Shown: positions 16,860 through 25,705 of the stretch, one piece after another | Numbering within the stretch: position 1 is the stretch's first letter | How the letters are laid out: each line of letters starts with the position of its first letter | UHGV virus genome: UHGV-0150473 | Strand: one strand, 5' to 3' | DNA: 41,266 nucleotides | DNA from: a virus | The notes under the pieces: generated by a model | Seen by the model: the letters and a program-made list of their open reading frames with translations, nothing else | Database searches by the model: none | Told to the model about the DNA's origin: nothing | Position numbers and translations under genes: made by a program

Positions 16860-17281
16860 TGTTTAAATTTATTTAAAAATAATGAAACCAGTTGAAAAGT
16901 TCTTGATTGTTCTTCATTGAAGAACATGCTTTAGCCTTAGAGCCACAAGGGATTGAACCAATGCGTTCTCGATTGGAGGTGTTTTTACTACTCACCTACC
17001 AGAATTATATTTTATATTATATATTTTTCTACAAATAGAGTAGAATATATGAAGAACACAGAGAACAGTTATAATAAAATAAGCTAAGAATGTTGGTTTA
17101 TCAATGTTTATAGGTGTTCTTCATTGGAATATTTGGTTACTTAAAAAGAGAACACATCAAGAACATCAAGAACGCATGAAGAACATTTCATTGGTTATTA
17201 ATGATTAATCTATTCCCTAAAGTACAAATAAGTATGGTATAATATAGAAGTAAAGTAAAAACATATTAGGAGGAATTAATT
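16860..17281. promoter_or_regulatory. divergent early/late control region with GAAGAACA iterons, perfect 9-1-9 palindrome TGTTCTTCATTGAAGAACA, AT-rich tract; candidate origin/switch
   Basis: Eight or more copies of GAAGAACA/TGTTCTTC within 300 bp; AT-rich 16985-17045; divergent promoters (minus TTGACA at ~16836, plus TGgTATAAT at 17235-17243). Confidence 0.5.
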
Positions 17282-17482
17282 ATGAATAAAGAAGTAGGAA
17301 ACATCATTGGGATTGTATTAGCAAGTATCTTGGTACTTGGTTTGTTAGCACTTAACATCTATATCCTATGGGTAATTGTAGGCGTATTGTTTGCAACAGG
17401 TCATAATATAATCGCATGGTTAGTTATTGTTAACATTGTATTCACTGTACTATTCAACGCAACTAAACGAGGTGATAAGTAA
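17282..17482 (+). CDS. small membrane protein (66 aa, 2 TM), first gene of rightward arm
   Basis: RBS TAGGAGGAA; hydrophobic. Confidence 0.5.
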   Translation: MNKEVGNIIGIVLASILVLGLLALNIYILWVIVGVLFATGHNIIAWLVIVNIVFTVLFNATKRGDK

Positions 17483-17730
17483 TGGAACATGAACTATATA
17501 ATAAGACAGATAAGCAGTTACTAAAGAGTAACAAGGTGGACCTAGTGGCATACATCAGAACACTGGAGGGTACACTAGCCACATACGTTAACAATGCAGT
17601 AGAACCATTAGATAGTGAAGGGAATGTATATGATAGTACACAACCATCTATCACTGAACCAACACCACAACACTTGACATCATATACCTTTACTGATACA
17701 GTAACTAAGAAAGACATCTACTCATTCTAA
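17482..17730 (+). CDS. hypothetical protein (82 aa)
   Basis: TAATG coupling both sides. Confidence 0.45.
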   Translation: MEHELYNKTDKQLLKSNKVDLVAYIRTLEGTLATYVNNAVEPLDSEGNVYDSTQPSITEPTPQHLTSYTFTDTVTKKDIYSF

Positions 17731-18125
17731 TGTATAAGAAGTGCAAGGTTGCTTTATGTAGAGAATACGTAAAGCAACCAGAGGTGTATTGTGATAAGCA
17801 CAAAGGTAACGCAGCCACACAATACAACAAGTATGTGCGAACTAATCCACAGAACAAAAGGTATGCAGAGTTCTACCAGTCAAGTGAATGGAAAAGGTTA
17901 AGACAATACAAGTTAAGTATCAATCCAATGTGTGAAGTATGTGAACGCAATGACCACACCAAGACGCTTGCCACTATCGTCCACCATGTGGAGGAAATAC
18001 GTACACCAATTGGTTGGGAAAAACGTTTAGATATTAATAATTTAGAATCAATTTGTCAATCCTGTCACAATAGAGAGGACCACGCTCATTCCTTTAAAAA
18101 TGCAGGTAGGGCTAACCATAAATAA
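17730..18125 (+). CDS. terminase-associated HNH endonuclease
   Basis: Cys pairs and 'HHVEEI...CQSCHN' HNH motif; located immediately upstream of cos/terS as in cos-type HK97-like phages. Confidence 0.75.
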   Translation: MYKKCKVALCREYVKQPEVYCDKHKGNAATQYNKYVRTNPQNKRYAEFYQSSEWKRLRQYKLSINPMCEVCERNDHTKTLATIVHHVEEIRTPIGWEKRLDINNLESICQSCHNREDHAHSFKNAGRANHK

Positions 18126-18200
18126 TTTTAAGGGGGATAGCGCCAAAAGCGAGGGGAGGGTAGCTGAAAATTTTAACCCCCCCCGCCAAATTTTTGGTGG
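18126..18200. other. candidate cohesive-end (cos) site region: anomalous GC-rich tracts (GGGGGATAGCGCC, GAGGGGAGGG, CCCCCCCCGCC) in AT-rich genome
   Basis: Position between HNH and terS; compositional anomaly. Confidence 0.4.
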
Positions 18201-18402
18201 CTACAATCGGAGATTCCTTCTTTTCACACAGAATTCTAAAAACGAAGTTTCAAAACAGCCTTTTTCCCTCGTAAAAAACGATTCAAAACCGGTTTCTTTT
18301 CAATAATATCAAACGTTTCACGCATTGTTTCATAATCTCACTAATACGAATTTCTTCCCTCATAAACAGTACAAAACCTGGTTTCTCAAACAATAGGTTT
18401 TG

Positions 18403-18411
18403 TGCTATAAT
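18403..18411 (+). promoter_or_regulatory. late-arm extended -10 promoter TGcTATAAT (class also at 17235, ~19580, ~19690, 26927, 27672, 32211, ~36845)
   Basis: TGnTATAAT without recognisable -35, recurring upstream of late genes. Confidence 0.45.
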
Positions 18412-18464
18412 ATTGTTAGGGACTTTTCTTTTAAACTAAAATGTAACGCAAAGGAGGTTGACGA

Positions 18465-18638
18465 ATGCCAGCACCAAAACCTATTATGGTAAAAGATTTG
18501 CGAACACAGCAAACAAGAGCTTTCAAATCGCAAACAGAAGCAGACAAATTTTATGGTAAAAAATCAGGTTACTTCAAAGACATCAAAACTAAACTAGGTG
18601 GTAAGAATCGCCACTATGAAATTATTGAAGTTGTATAA
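18465..18638 (+). CDS. small basic protein (57 aa, MPAPKPIMVKDL...) upstream of terS
   Basis: Not in ORF track; RBS AAAGGAGG + 7 nt; promoter TGcTATAAT at 18403-18411. Confidence 0.45.
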   Translation: MPAPKPIMVKDLRTQQTRAFKSQTEADKFYGKKSGYFKDIKTKLGGKNRHYEIIEVV

Positions 18639-18652
18639 GGAGGTGAAAAATA

Positions 18653-19126
18653 ATGGGTAGACCAAGAAAGTTAATCAATGCCCAAGTTGGCAACCTTACA
18701 CAAGAGCAACAACACCAACGCAAAAAGGAAGAAGAAAAGTTATATAACTACGAGAAGTTAGACTTTTCATATTATCCAGCTGGATTGTTGCAACAAGCCT
18801 ACCACGAGTGGGAACGTATTTCACACTTTATTGGTGACCTACCAATTTCAGAACTTGACCAACAAGCAATGGTTAGGTATTGCAATTATAGTTACCTATA
18901 TTCAGAAATGGCTGAACAAGTTGCATATGAAGGACCTTTGACAGAAGACGGAAAGTTAAACCCTAAAGTAACTGCTATGAACTCTTACTCAAAGGAACTA
19001 AAAAGCGCAACAAATGACTTAGGTTTAACTATCAATTCAAGATTAAAACTGGTAGCACCAAAAGAAGTTGAAGATGAATCAAAAGACCCATTAGGTCAAT
19101 TGCTTAAAATGCGCGCACAAGGTTAG
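18653..19126 (+). CDS. terS: terminase small subunit (P27 family)
   Basis: N-terminal 'MGRPRKL' motif, 157 aa, RBS AAGGAGGTG, upstream of terL. Confidence 0.7.
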   Translation: MGRPRKLINAQVGNLTQEQQHQRKKEEEKLYNYEKLDFSYYPAGLLQQAYHEWERISHFIGDLPISELDQQAMVRYCNYSYLYSEMAEQVAYEGPLTEDGKLNPKVTAMNSYSKELKSATNDLGLTINSRLKLVAPKEVEDESKDPLGQLLKMRAQG

Positions 19127-19714
19127 CAATTTGTGTTATAATGTATTTATGGAAAACGCCTTCCAGATGATTTGTAGGTTTAGAATTGTATTGAGGTTTA
19201 CAATTCAGGCGCAACTTTTGGGTAGAAGTTGCGGACATGTTAGCGGGCTTGGGTTGTAGCTTGCTCCCGCCTAGGGGCTTAACTAAGTAAAAAATAATAC
19301 TAGGAGTAGCAACTACTATGCTTAACAGTAGCGCAACCATAGGTGTGAAAACCTAACAACTGTACACATGAGGTGCAGTATAAAGAAGGGCTATCATGAG
19401 ATGGGTAATTGAGCAAAACTCTATTAAGTGTTGTGAGGTAGTCCGTAGGTGGAATGTCCACCAACCATATAACAACACTTAATCATTGAAGAAGGGTTGC
19501 AGTGCGACCAATTGACTTAGACTAGTTATCGCCTTATGGGAATAACTACCTAAGTCTTTTTATTTACACACAGAAACTATTTTTTATGTTATAATGTATA
19601 TAACGAGATTAAGTTTCAATCATGTTGACTTAGGTAAGTTTGTTATCCCCTTTGGATAAACTCATGACCTAAGTCTTTTTATTTATGCTATAATATAAAT
19701 AAGGAGGTATACAT
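19127..19714 (+). other. 588-bp non-coding structured region between terS and terL with tandem hairpin/T-tract + TGnTATAAT units
   Basis: No RBS-supported ORF; GC-richer hairpins (e.g. GGTGGAatgTCCACC 19446-19460); repeated 'cctaagtctttttattta' at 19543 and 19668 each followed by extended -10. Confidence 0.4.
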
Positions 19715-21442
19715 ATGAATAATATAGATTTTGTAGCTGATTATATTAATTATATAAGAGATAATCAAATACCAGTAGGTAATAAAATCAAACAAGCTAT
19801 TAGACGTCATGAGAAAGACTTAGAAAAATCAAAAGACCCAGCTTATCCATACTATTACGACCCAAGCGAAACATATGAACCAGTCGCATTTATTGAAATG
19901 TTACCAGACCCAAAAAGTAAAAAGACAAATAAACTAGCTAAGTTCCAGAAGTTTATTGTAGCATTAATCTATGGTTGGCGCAAAAAGAGTAATAAAATGC
20001 GCAGATTCAGAAAAGTATATATCAGTTTAGCACGTAAAAACGGTAAATCAATTCTTGTTGCTGGTATTTCATTATATGAGTTTATCTTAGGACAATATCC
20101 AAAAGCTTCAAGACAGATTGTAGCTGGCGCAAACACTAAAGAACAAGCTGGAATTGTATTCCGTATGTTAAAATCACAGCTGAAAGCATTGAGAAATTCA
20201 AGTGATAGTGTGCGTAGAATTACTAAGGTAAACAAGTATGACATTGAACATTTAGAAGATGAATCAACTGTTAAACCTTTAGCAAGTGACGCAGATAGTT
20301 TAGACGGACTAGACGTACTTTGCGGTGTATTAGATGAATACGGAGAAGCAAAAAGCACAGCATTAATTGAGGTATTAGAAAGTTCACAGTCACAACAACC
20401 ACAAGGTTTAATTTTGATTATTAGTACAACAACTAAAAATCTTAATGGACCAATGCACAGCATAGAATATCCATTTATAACTAAGCTATTAAATGAAGAG
20501 GTTGAAGCAGATGCATACCTTGCTTTATGTTGGGAAATGGATAGTATCAGCGAAGTTGACGACCAAGCCAATTGGATAAAATCAAACCCACTGTTTGAGA
20601 ATACTCAATTGTATGAAACCATGTATGAACATAAGGTTAATTCATTGGCAGAGTATAAAGCAAAAGGTGACATGAGTGGTTGGCTAACTAAAGAAATGAA
20701 CTTCTGGGTACAAGCTTCACAAGATAGTTTCATGGATAAAGAAAGCTGGGACGCAATCAAAGCAACAAAAGAATATGATATTAGAAAACGCCCTGTATTT
20801 ATTGGAATGGACTTATCACGCACAAAAGATATAACGGCGGTTAGCTGGATTATACCAATTGCAGAAGAAGAGAAGCTACTCGTAAACACCCATGGTTTCA
20901 TTTCATCAATTGGAGGTATTGAAAAGAAAATCCAAGAGGACAAAATACCATATCGCCAATATGAAAATGAAGGTATCGTTTCAATTAGTAAGTTAGAATC
21001 AGGATTGATTGACCATGCGGACATGTGCGACTGGATAGTTGATTTTGTTGAAACATATGACTTGGACCTACAAGGTATTTTCTATGATGGTCACCAAGCG
21101 TCACAATCAGTCTTGAGATTAGCGGAAGTTTTCGGTGAACGCTATCTAATTGAAGTACCACAGCGGATACAGTATTTAAACGCTCCTACTAAGTATCTAA
21201 GGGACGCAATATACAAAGGTGATATAATACATCAAAACAACCCACTACTCAATACAGCGATATATAATGCGTATATGAAAGAGTTTGCTGACAACATAGC
21301 AATTGAAAAGAAAATGAATCGTAACAAGATTGATTCATTGGATGCTTTAATAAATGCAATGAGTGAAGCAATGTATTATGACTTTGGATATTCAAGTTTT
21401 GAAAACATGTTAGAACAAGGTACATTTGGCTTTGGTGTTTAA
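19715..21442 (+). CDS. terL: terminase large subunit (Terminase_1 family)
   Basis: Walker A 'ARKNGKS', 575 aa, nuclease C-domain; RBS AAGGAGG. Confidence 0.9.
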   Translation: MNNIDFVADYINYIRDNQIPVGNKIKQAIRRHEKDLEKSKDPAYPYYYDPSETYEPVAFIEMLPDPKSKKTNKLAKFQKFIVALIYGWRKKSNKMRRFRKVYISLARKNGKSILVAGISLYEFILGQYPKASRQIVAGANTKEQAGIVFRMLKSQLKALRNSSDSVRRITKVNKYDIEHLEDESTVKPLASDADSLDGLDVLCGVLDEYGEAKSTALIEVLESSQSQQPQGLILIISTTTKNLNGPMHSIEYPFITKLLNEEVEADAYLALCWEMDSISEVDDQANWIKSNPLFENTQLYETMYEHKVNSLAEYKAKGDMSGWLTKEMNFWVQASQDSFMDKESWDAIKATKEYDIRKRPVFIGMDLSRTKDITAVSWIIPIAEEEKLLVNTHGFISSIGGIEKKIQEDKIPYRQYENEGIVSISKLESGLIDHADMCDWIVDFVETYDLDLQGIFYDGHQASQSVLRLAEVFGERYLIEVPQRIQYLNAPTKYLRDAIYKGDIIHQNNPLLNTAIYNAYMKEFADNIAIEKKMNRNKIDSLDALINAMSEAMYYDFGYSSFENMLEQGTFGFGV

Positions 21443-21530
21443 GTAACACCCACAAGGTAAGGGATATATGATATATTATAGAAGTAGTAGAGATAGTAAC
21501 AAAAACAGACAGATAGAAAGGAAGATTCAA

Positions 21531-21797
21531 ATGTTATTACAAATTAACAAGGTAGTAAAGGAATTACCAGAAGGAGAACCGTGTGCCGCGTTGGTAGATT
21601 ATGTAGATGGGATTACACATACTCAACAATTTACAGATGGTATCAAATGTTTCAAGAAAGATGGTACTCAAATTTTAGTGGTACGAAAAAATACGTTTGA
21701 AATTGAGATTGAAAACCTTGATAATTATGAAGGTTTTAAAGTTTATGCTGTATATCTATTAAATGATGAAGGTAAAACATTACGTAAATTAGCATAA
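21531..21797 (+). CDS. hypothetical protein (88 aa; start at MLLQIN with RBS GAAAGGAAG)
   Basis: ORF followed by intrinsic terminator 21803-21831. Confidence 0.4.
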   Translation: MLLQINKVVKELPEGEPCAALVDYVDGITHTQQFTDGIKCFKKDGTQILVVRKNTFEIEIENLDNYEGFKVYAVYLLNDEGKTLRKLA

Positions 21798-21802
21798 ATT
21801 AA

Positions 21803-21831
21803 AAGAGTGGCTAAACACCACTCTTTTTTTA
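21803..21831 (+). terminator. intrinsic terminator
   Basis: AGAGTGGctaaacACCACTCT + T7. Confidence 0.7.
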
Positions 21832-21871
21832 TATGTTTTGTGTTAAAATAAGGTGTATAGGAGGGTTTAAT

Positions 21872-22036
21872 ATGAAAAATCCAGTAATTTATGTAGTGTT
21901 ATTTTACGTTTTAGGAGTATTAGCACTTGTAACAAGCATGTTTTTTGTTAGTATTGTAGTTGGTTTAGTAGCATTAGGGCTATCATTATTAGTACCAGCA
22001 GTAGTATTATACCTAGAATTGAAAGAAGGTGAATAG
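21872..22036 (+). CDS. small membrane protein (54 aa, 2 TM)
   Basis: RBS TAGGAGGG; hydrophobic. Confidence 0.45.
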   Translation: MKNPVIYVVLFYVLGVLALVTSMFFVSIVVGLVALGLSLLVPAVVLYLELKEGE

Positions 22037-22040
22037 TTAA

Positions 22041-23213
22041 ATGGGCGTATTTATTGCACCACAGACTAAAGCAGAGAAGAATTTCATTGATTATATTGAA
22101 AGCGGAATGGATAACCTAGGTTATTTGACAGGTGAAAGAGCGTTACAAAATTCAGACGTGTTCACAGGTGTTAATATCATTGGTGGTGATATTGGTAAAT
22201 CACTATTTAGAAAAGTTCCAGATGAACACGCAGACCAAAGTTTTTTACAACTAATCAACAAGCGACCACATGAAAAACAAAGTCATTATACATTCATGTA
22301 TGCAACGGTTGCACAGCTGATTCTTTATGGGAACTCATACGCAATCATTCATAGAGAAAAAGAGAATGATTATAATTCACCAATTAAGTCATTAGAGTTT
22401 GTAACAGCAGACCAAGTGAACCTAATTCAAGATATGACAACAGGTGAATGGCGCTATGATGTAACGTTAGATTATGGCAACCACATGTTACGGTGTGAAC
22501 CACGTGACATTTTACACTTTAGAATTTCAGTTGTAGATGGTTTCATTGGTCGTAGTCCTTTATTGTCTTTACGTGACGAAATCGGAATGCAAACAAATGG
22601 CAACAAGATTTTATCCAAGTTCTTTGCTAACGGTGTTTTCGGTGGCGGAATCTTAAAACTTAATAAAGGTTATGTAGACAACGCAACCAAAAAGAAAATT
22701 CGTGAGGATTTTGAAAGAGCTAACGGAGGAAGCACAAACAGTAATGGTGTTATCGTTTTAGATGAAGCAACAGACTTCACAGAATACAAAATGAATACTG
22801 ATATTTTGAAATTGATTCAATCAAACAAATTTAGTACGCAACAAATTGCAAAGGTTTTAGGTATTCCATTGAACCGTTTTGGCATGGAGTTAGTAAACTC
22901 AACAGATAGCGGACAAAATGACATCTATATTGCTTCAACAATTAGTCAATATGAATCTGCAATCTGTGACGAAATCGCAATTAAAACAGGTAATGTCTTA
23001 GAAATGGACTTTTCAAGTCTAATGAACGATACATTAGATGACAGACGCAAACAATTATTTAGTGGAAAAGCAAGTAAAGAATTACTATCAACTATCAAAG
23101 AAAACGAAGTTCGTGCATATTATGGGTATGAACCGTTAGAAGATGGCGAAACAACAGTTAAAACAGAGAATGAAGAAAAGGAAGTGTACGAGAATGAAAC
23201 AGACGGAACTTGA
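22041..23213 (+). CDS. portal protein (HK97 family)
   Basis: 390 aa, position after terL, characteristic portal length and conserved core. Confidence 0.8.
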   Translation: MGVFIAPQTKAEKNFIDYIESGMDNLGYLTGERALQNSDVFTGVNIIGGDIGKSLFRKVPDEHADQSFLQLINKRPHEKQSHYTFMYATVAQLILYGNSYAIIHREKENDYNSPIKSLEFVTADQVNLIQDMTTGEWRYDVTLDYGNHMLRCEPRDILHFRISVVDGFIGRSPLLSLRDEIGMQTNGNKILSKFFANGVFGGGILKLNKGYVDNATKKKIREDFERANGGSTNSNGVIVLDEATDFTEYKMNTDILKLIQSNKFSTQQIAKVLGIPLNRFGMELVNSTDSGQNDIYIASTISQYESAICDEIAIKTGNVLEMDFSSLMNDTLDDRRKQLFSGKASKELLSTIKENEVRAYYGYEPLEDGETTVKTENEEKEVYENETDGT

Positions 23214-23748
23214 AATTAGACAACTGCAAGAGTTCGTGAATGACAACAATGTTGTTGAAGGTTACGCATTAAAATTCAATAAACCATCAAAAGACCTAGG
23301 TGGTTTTATTGAAACTATTGACGCAAGAGCATTAGACGGTGTTAATATGGAAGATGTAAAATTATTTTTAAACCATGATTCAGGCAACTTACTTGGAAGA
23401 ACAAAGAGCGGTACACTTCAATTATCAGTTGATGAAGTAGGGTTGAAATTCCGTTGTGAGTTACCAAATACAACACTTGGAAATGATGTTATGGAACTTG
23501 TAAAACGTGGTGACCTTAGTCAGTGTTCATTTGGCTTTACGGTTGCGGAAGATGAATGGGAACGGAGAGAAGGAAAACCTGTTAGAACTATCAAAAAAAT
23601 CAATACACTGGCTGAAATCTCACTGGTTTCAATTCCAGCATACGACGACACAGATGTTGCAGTGGCTAAACGCTCACTTGAAAACATGGAAGTAAACGAA
23701 ATGGAAAAACGCAAACTAGAATTACAGTTACGACTAGCAACCTTGTAA
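23194..23748 (+). CDS. prohead maturation protease (HK97 family, S78/U35)
   Basis: Follows portal, ~185 aa, protease-family similarity; start MKQTELEI with RBS AAGGAAG. Confidence 0.7.
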   Translation: MKQTELEIRQLQEFVNDNNVVEGYALKFNKPSKDLGGFIETIDARALDGVNMEDVKLFLNHDSGNLLGRTKSGTLQLSVDEVGLKFRCELPNTTLGNDVMELVKRGDLSQCSFGFTVAEDEWERREGKPVRTIKKINTLAEISLVSIPAYDDTDVAVAKRSLENMEVNEMEKRKLELQLRLATL

Positions 23749-23824
23749 GAGTGACGCCCACAACTCACCTTGTTCATGATATACTATCTTTAGTAAGAAA
23801 ATAATATGTAAAGGAGTTTACAGC

Positions 23825-25042
23825 ATGAACAAGGCAGAGTTAGAAGCGCAAGCAAAATCTTTGTTAGCAGAAGGTAAACTTGACGAAGCTAAAAAAGTTA
23901 TCGAACAGTTAGAAGCTTTGAAAGATGAAACACCAGCTGAAAACGAAGAACGTGCAGAAGATAAAGCAGAAGCACCTAAAGACGAAGTCAAAAAGGAAGA
24001 GCCTAAAGAAGAACCAAAGGATGAACCTAAAGACGAAGTCAAAGACGAACCAAAGGAAGAACCAAAAAAAGAAGAACGTTCAATTGAGAACGCAAAAGGA
24101 GAAGATATTGACATGGAGAAAGTAAAAATCAATGGTAAAGAGTTAGCAGAGCCAGTAACAGAACAACGTGCGTTTTTAGACTACGTAACTTCAAAATCAA
24201 CTAGCGTAAAATCATTTAACGAAACACGTGCGGTTGATGACGGACAAGTTAAATCAACAGACGCAGAAGCAATTATCCCAGAAGATATTATCACAAAAGC
24301 ACGTAAATTACCAGACACAGTTGTTGACTTACGTAATAAAGTGAATAGTATCAAAGTAAAAACTTCTGGCGGTAAATACCCAATCTTGAAATCAACTACT
24401 GCAAAAATGGTAACAGTTGAAGAGTTGGCAAAAAACCCAGCATTGGCAAAACCTGAATTTGAAGAAGTCCCTTACAACGTATCAACATACCGTGGTCAAA
24501 TTGTTGTATCACAAGAATCATTAGACGATTCAGCGGACGACTTAGCTGGAATTATCGCTGATTCAGTACAACGCCAAGGTTTAAATACAACTAATGATGT
24601 ATTAGCTGGATTATTAAAAACAGCTACAGCAGTACCAGCAACTTCATTAGATGACATCAAGACACAGATTAACACTGGTTTCGACCCAGCTTATGGATTG
24701 GAATTAATTGTTACTCAATCATTCTACAACGGAGTTGACATCATGAAAGACGGCGAAGGACGTTACTTATTACAAACTGATATTACAGCACAGTCTGGCA
24801 AATCATTGTTTGGTGTTCCAGTAACAGTGTTGAAAGATGAAATGTTAGGTAACAAAGGTGATAAAGTGGCATTCTTGGGCGACCCAGTAGCATTTGCAAC
24901 ATTCTTCAATCGTGCAGAAACTACCGCTCGTTGGATTGACCATGAAATTTACGGTCAATACTTAGCAATCTTCATGCGTTTTGACGCTAAAGTAGTAGAC
25001 CCAGCGGCTGGAAAATTCATTACACTAACGCCAGCACCCTAG
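23825..25042 (+). CDS. major capsid protein, HK97 fold, with N-terminal scaffold-like delta domain carrying (K/E)EPK acidic repeats; ends at CCC_TAG shifty stop
   Basis: 405 aa; C-terminal HK97 MCP-like; no separate scaffold gene; coiled-coil plus KEEPKEEPKDEPKDEVKDEPKEEPKKEE tract. Confidence 0.85.
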   Translation: MNKAELEAQAKSLLAEGKLDEAKKVIEQLEALKDETPAENEERAEDKAEAPKDEVKKEEPKEEPKDEPKDEVKDEPKEEPKKEERSIENAKGEDIDMEKVKINGKELAEPVTEQRAFLDYVTSKSTSVKSFNETRAVDDGQVKSTDAEAIIPEDIITKARKLPDTVVDLRNKVNSIKVKTSGGKYPILKSTTAKMVTVEELAKNPALAKPEFEEVPYNVSTYRGQIVVSQESLDDSADDLAGIIADSVQRQGLNTTNDVLAGLLKTATAVPATSLDDIKTQINTGFDPAYGLELIVTQSFYNGVDIMKDGEGRYLLQTDITAQSGKSLFGVPVTVLKDEMLGNKGDKVAFLGDPVAFATFFNRAETTARWIDHEIYGQYLAIFMRFDAKVVDPAAGKFITLTPAP

Positions 25043-25098
25043 TACGCCACCTGTGGTAGGGCAGGTGACACCAGCTGACACAAGTGTAACAATTGAAT
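25037..25098 (+). repeat. 62-bp direct repeat copy A (after capsid stop), encodes +1-frame extension
   Basis: ~87% identical to 27534-27595. Confidence 0.8.
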
Positions 25099-25110
25099 TA
25101 TCGTAAACAC

Positions 25111-25143
25111 TAAGAGGTGGGGCATACGCCTTACCTCTTTTTA
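25111..25143 (+). terminator. intrinsic terminator after capsid gene
   Basis: AAGAGGT...ACCTCTT + TTTT. Confidence 0.6.
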
Positions 25144-25167
25144 AAATATAAAAGGAGTGTGTAAATT

Positions 25168-25368
25168 ATGGCTAAAGTATTTAACGTATACAAGAAAACA
25201 GGTGAAAAGATTGTGACTGAACAACCATCACCAGTAACAATCACTGGTTTAACAGCAGAAACACCATATGCAAAAGGTGACTACCAAGTAACAGCAATTG
25301 AAGATGGTAAGCCAGAATCTAGCAAAGTAGATGTACCAGCATTCACTACAACTGCAACAGCTGGATAA
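25168..25368 (+). CDS. small structural-module protein (66 aa), possibly head decoration/Ig-like
   Basis: RBS AAAGGAG; own terminator 25370-25395. Confidence 0.4.
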   Translation: MAKVFNVYKKTGEKIVTEQPSPVTITGLTAETPYAKGDYQVTAIEDGKPESSKVDVPAFTTTATAG

Positions 25369-25369
25369 T

Positions 25370-25395
25370 AAAAGAGGGCTTAGCCCTCTTTTTAA
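25370..25395 (+). terminator. intrinsic terminator
   Basis: AGAGGGCttaGCCCTCT + T5. Confidence 0.7.
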
Positions 25396-25411
25396 CTAAG
25401 GAGGTATGATA

Positions 25412-25705
25412 ATGTTAACATTAGAAGAAGTTAAGAACAACCTAAGATTAGACTATGATTCAGACGACATTTATATCCAGACATTAATTGACACAAGTTC
25501 AATGTTTATATTAGGAGCTATTGAGGTTAACACAGTTCCAGAAGATGTACGTTTTAAGACTTGTCAGTTCATGCTGGTTTCTCTTTGGTATGAAAACCGT
25601 GTTCCAGCAACCAGCGCACTTCAACAAGATGTACCGTTCACTATTCAGGCATTTATTTGGCAATTAAGGGGGTTATCTGATGGCGATACCAACACAACAT
25701 CTTAA
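25412..25705 (+). CDS. head-tail connector (gp6-like DNA packaging/head-tail adaptor)
   Basis: 'LEEVKNNLRLDYDSDD' signature of gp6-like connector family; RBS GGAGGT + 7. Confidence 0.7.
   Translation: MLTLEEVKNNLRLDYDSDDIYIQTLIDTSSMFILGAIEVNTVPEDVRFKTCQFMLVSLWYENRVPATSALQQDVPFTIQAFIWQLRGLSDGDTNTTS

Noticed and set aside
16925-17005. tRNA-like fragment (GGTTCAATCC-like T-loop on minus strand, ccaat...attgg stem)
   Set aside because: Could not fold a complete cloverleaf with acceptor stem/CCA; likely part of the regulatory hairpins of the control region
19104-19340. 78-aa minus-strand ORF overlapping terS end and the non-coding gap
   Set aside because: No RBS, overlaps terS 3' end; region better explained as structured non-coding DNA
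19380-19470. Possible 28-aa ORF (MRWVIEQNSIKCCEVVRRWNVHQPYNNT) in the terS-terL gap
   Set aside because: Weak RBS (GAAGGG at poor spacing); structure-forming sequence more consistent with RNA element
19969-21024. Long minus-strand ORFs (200 aa, 139 aa) inside terL
   Set aside because: Antisense to a well-supported terL gene, no RBS, low-complexity Ser/Leu-rich translations typical of antisense frames
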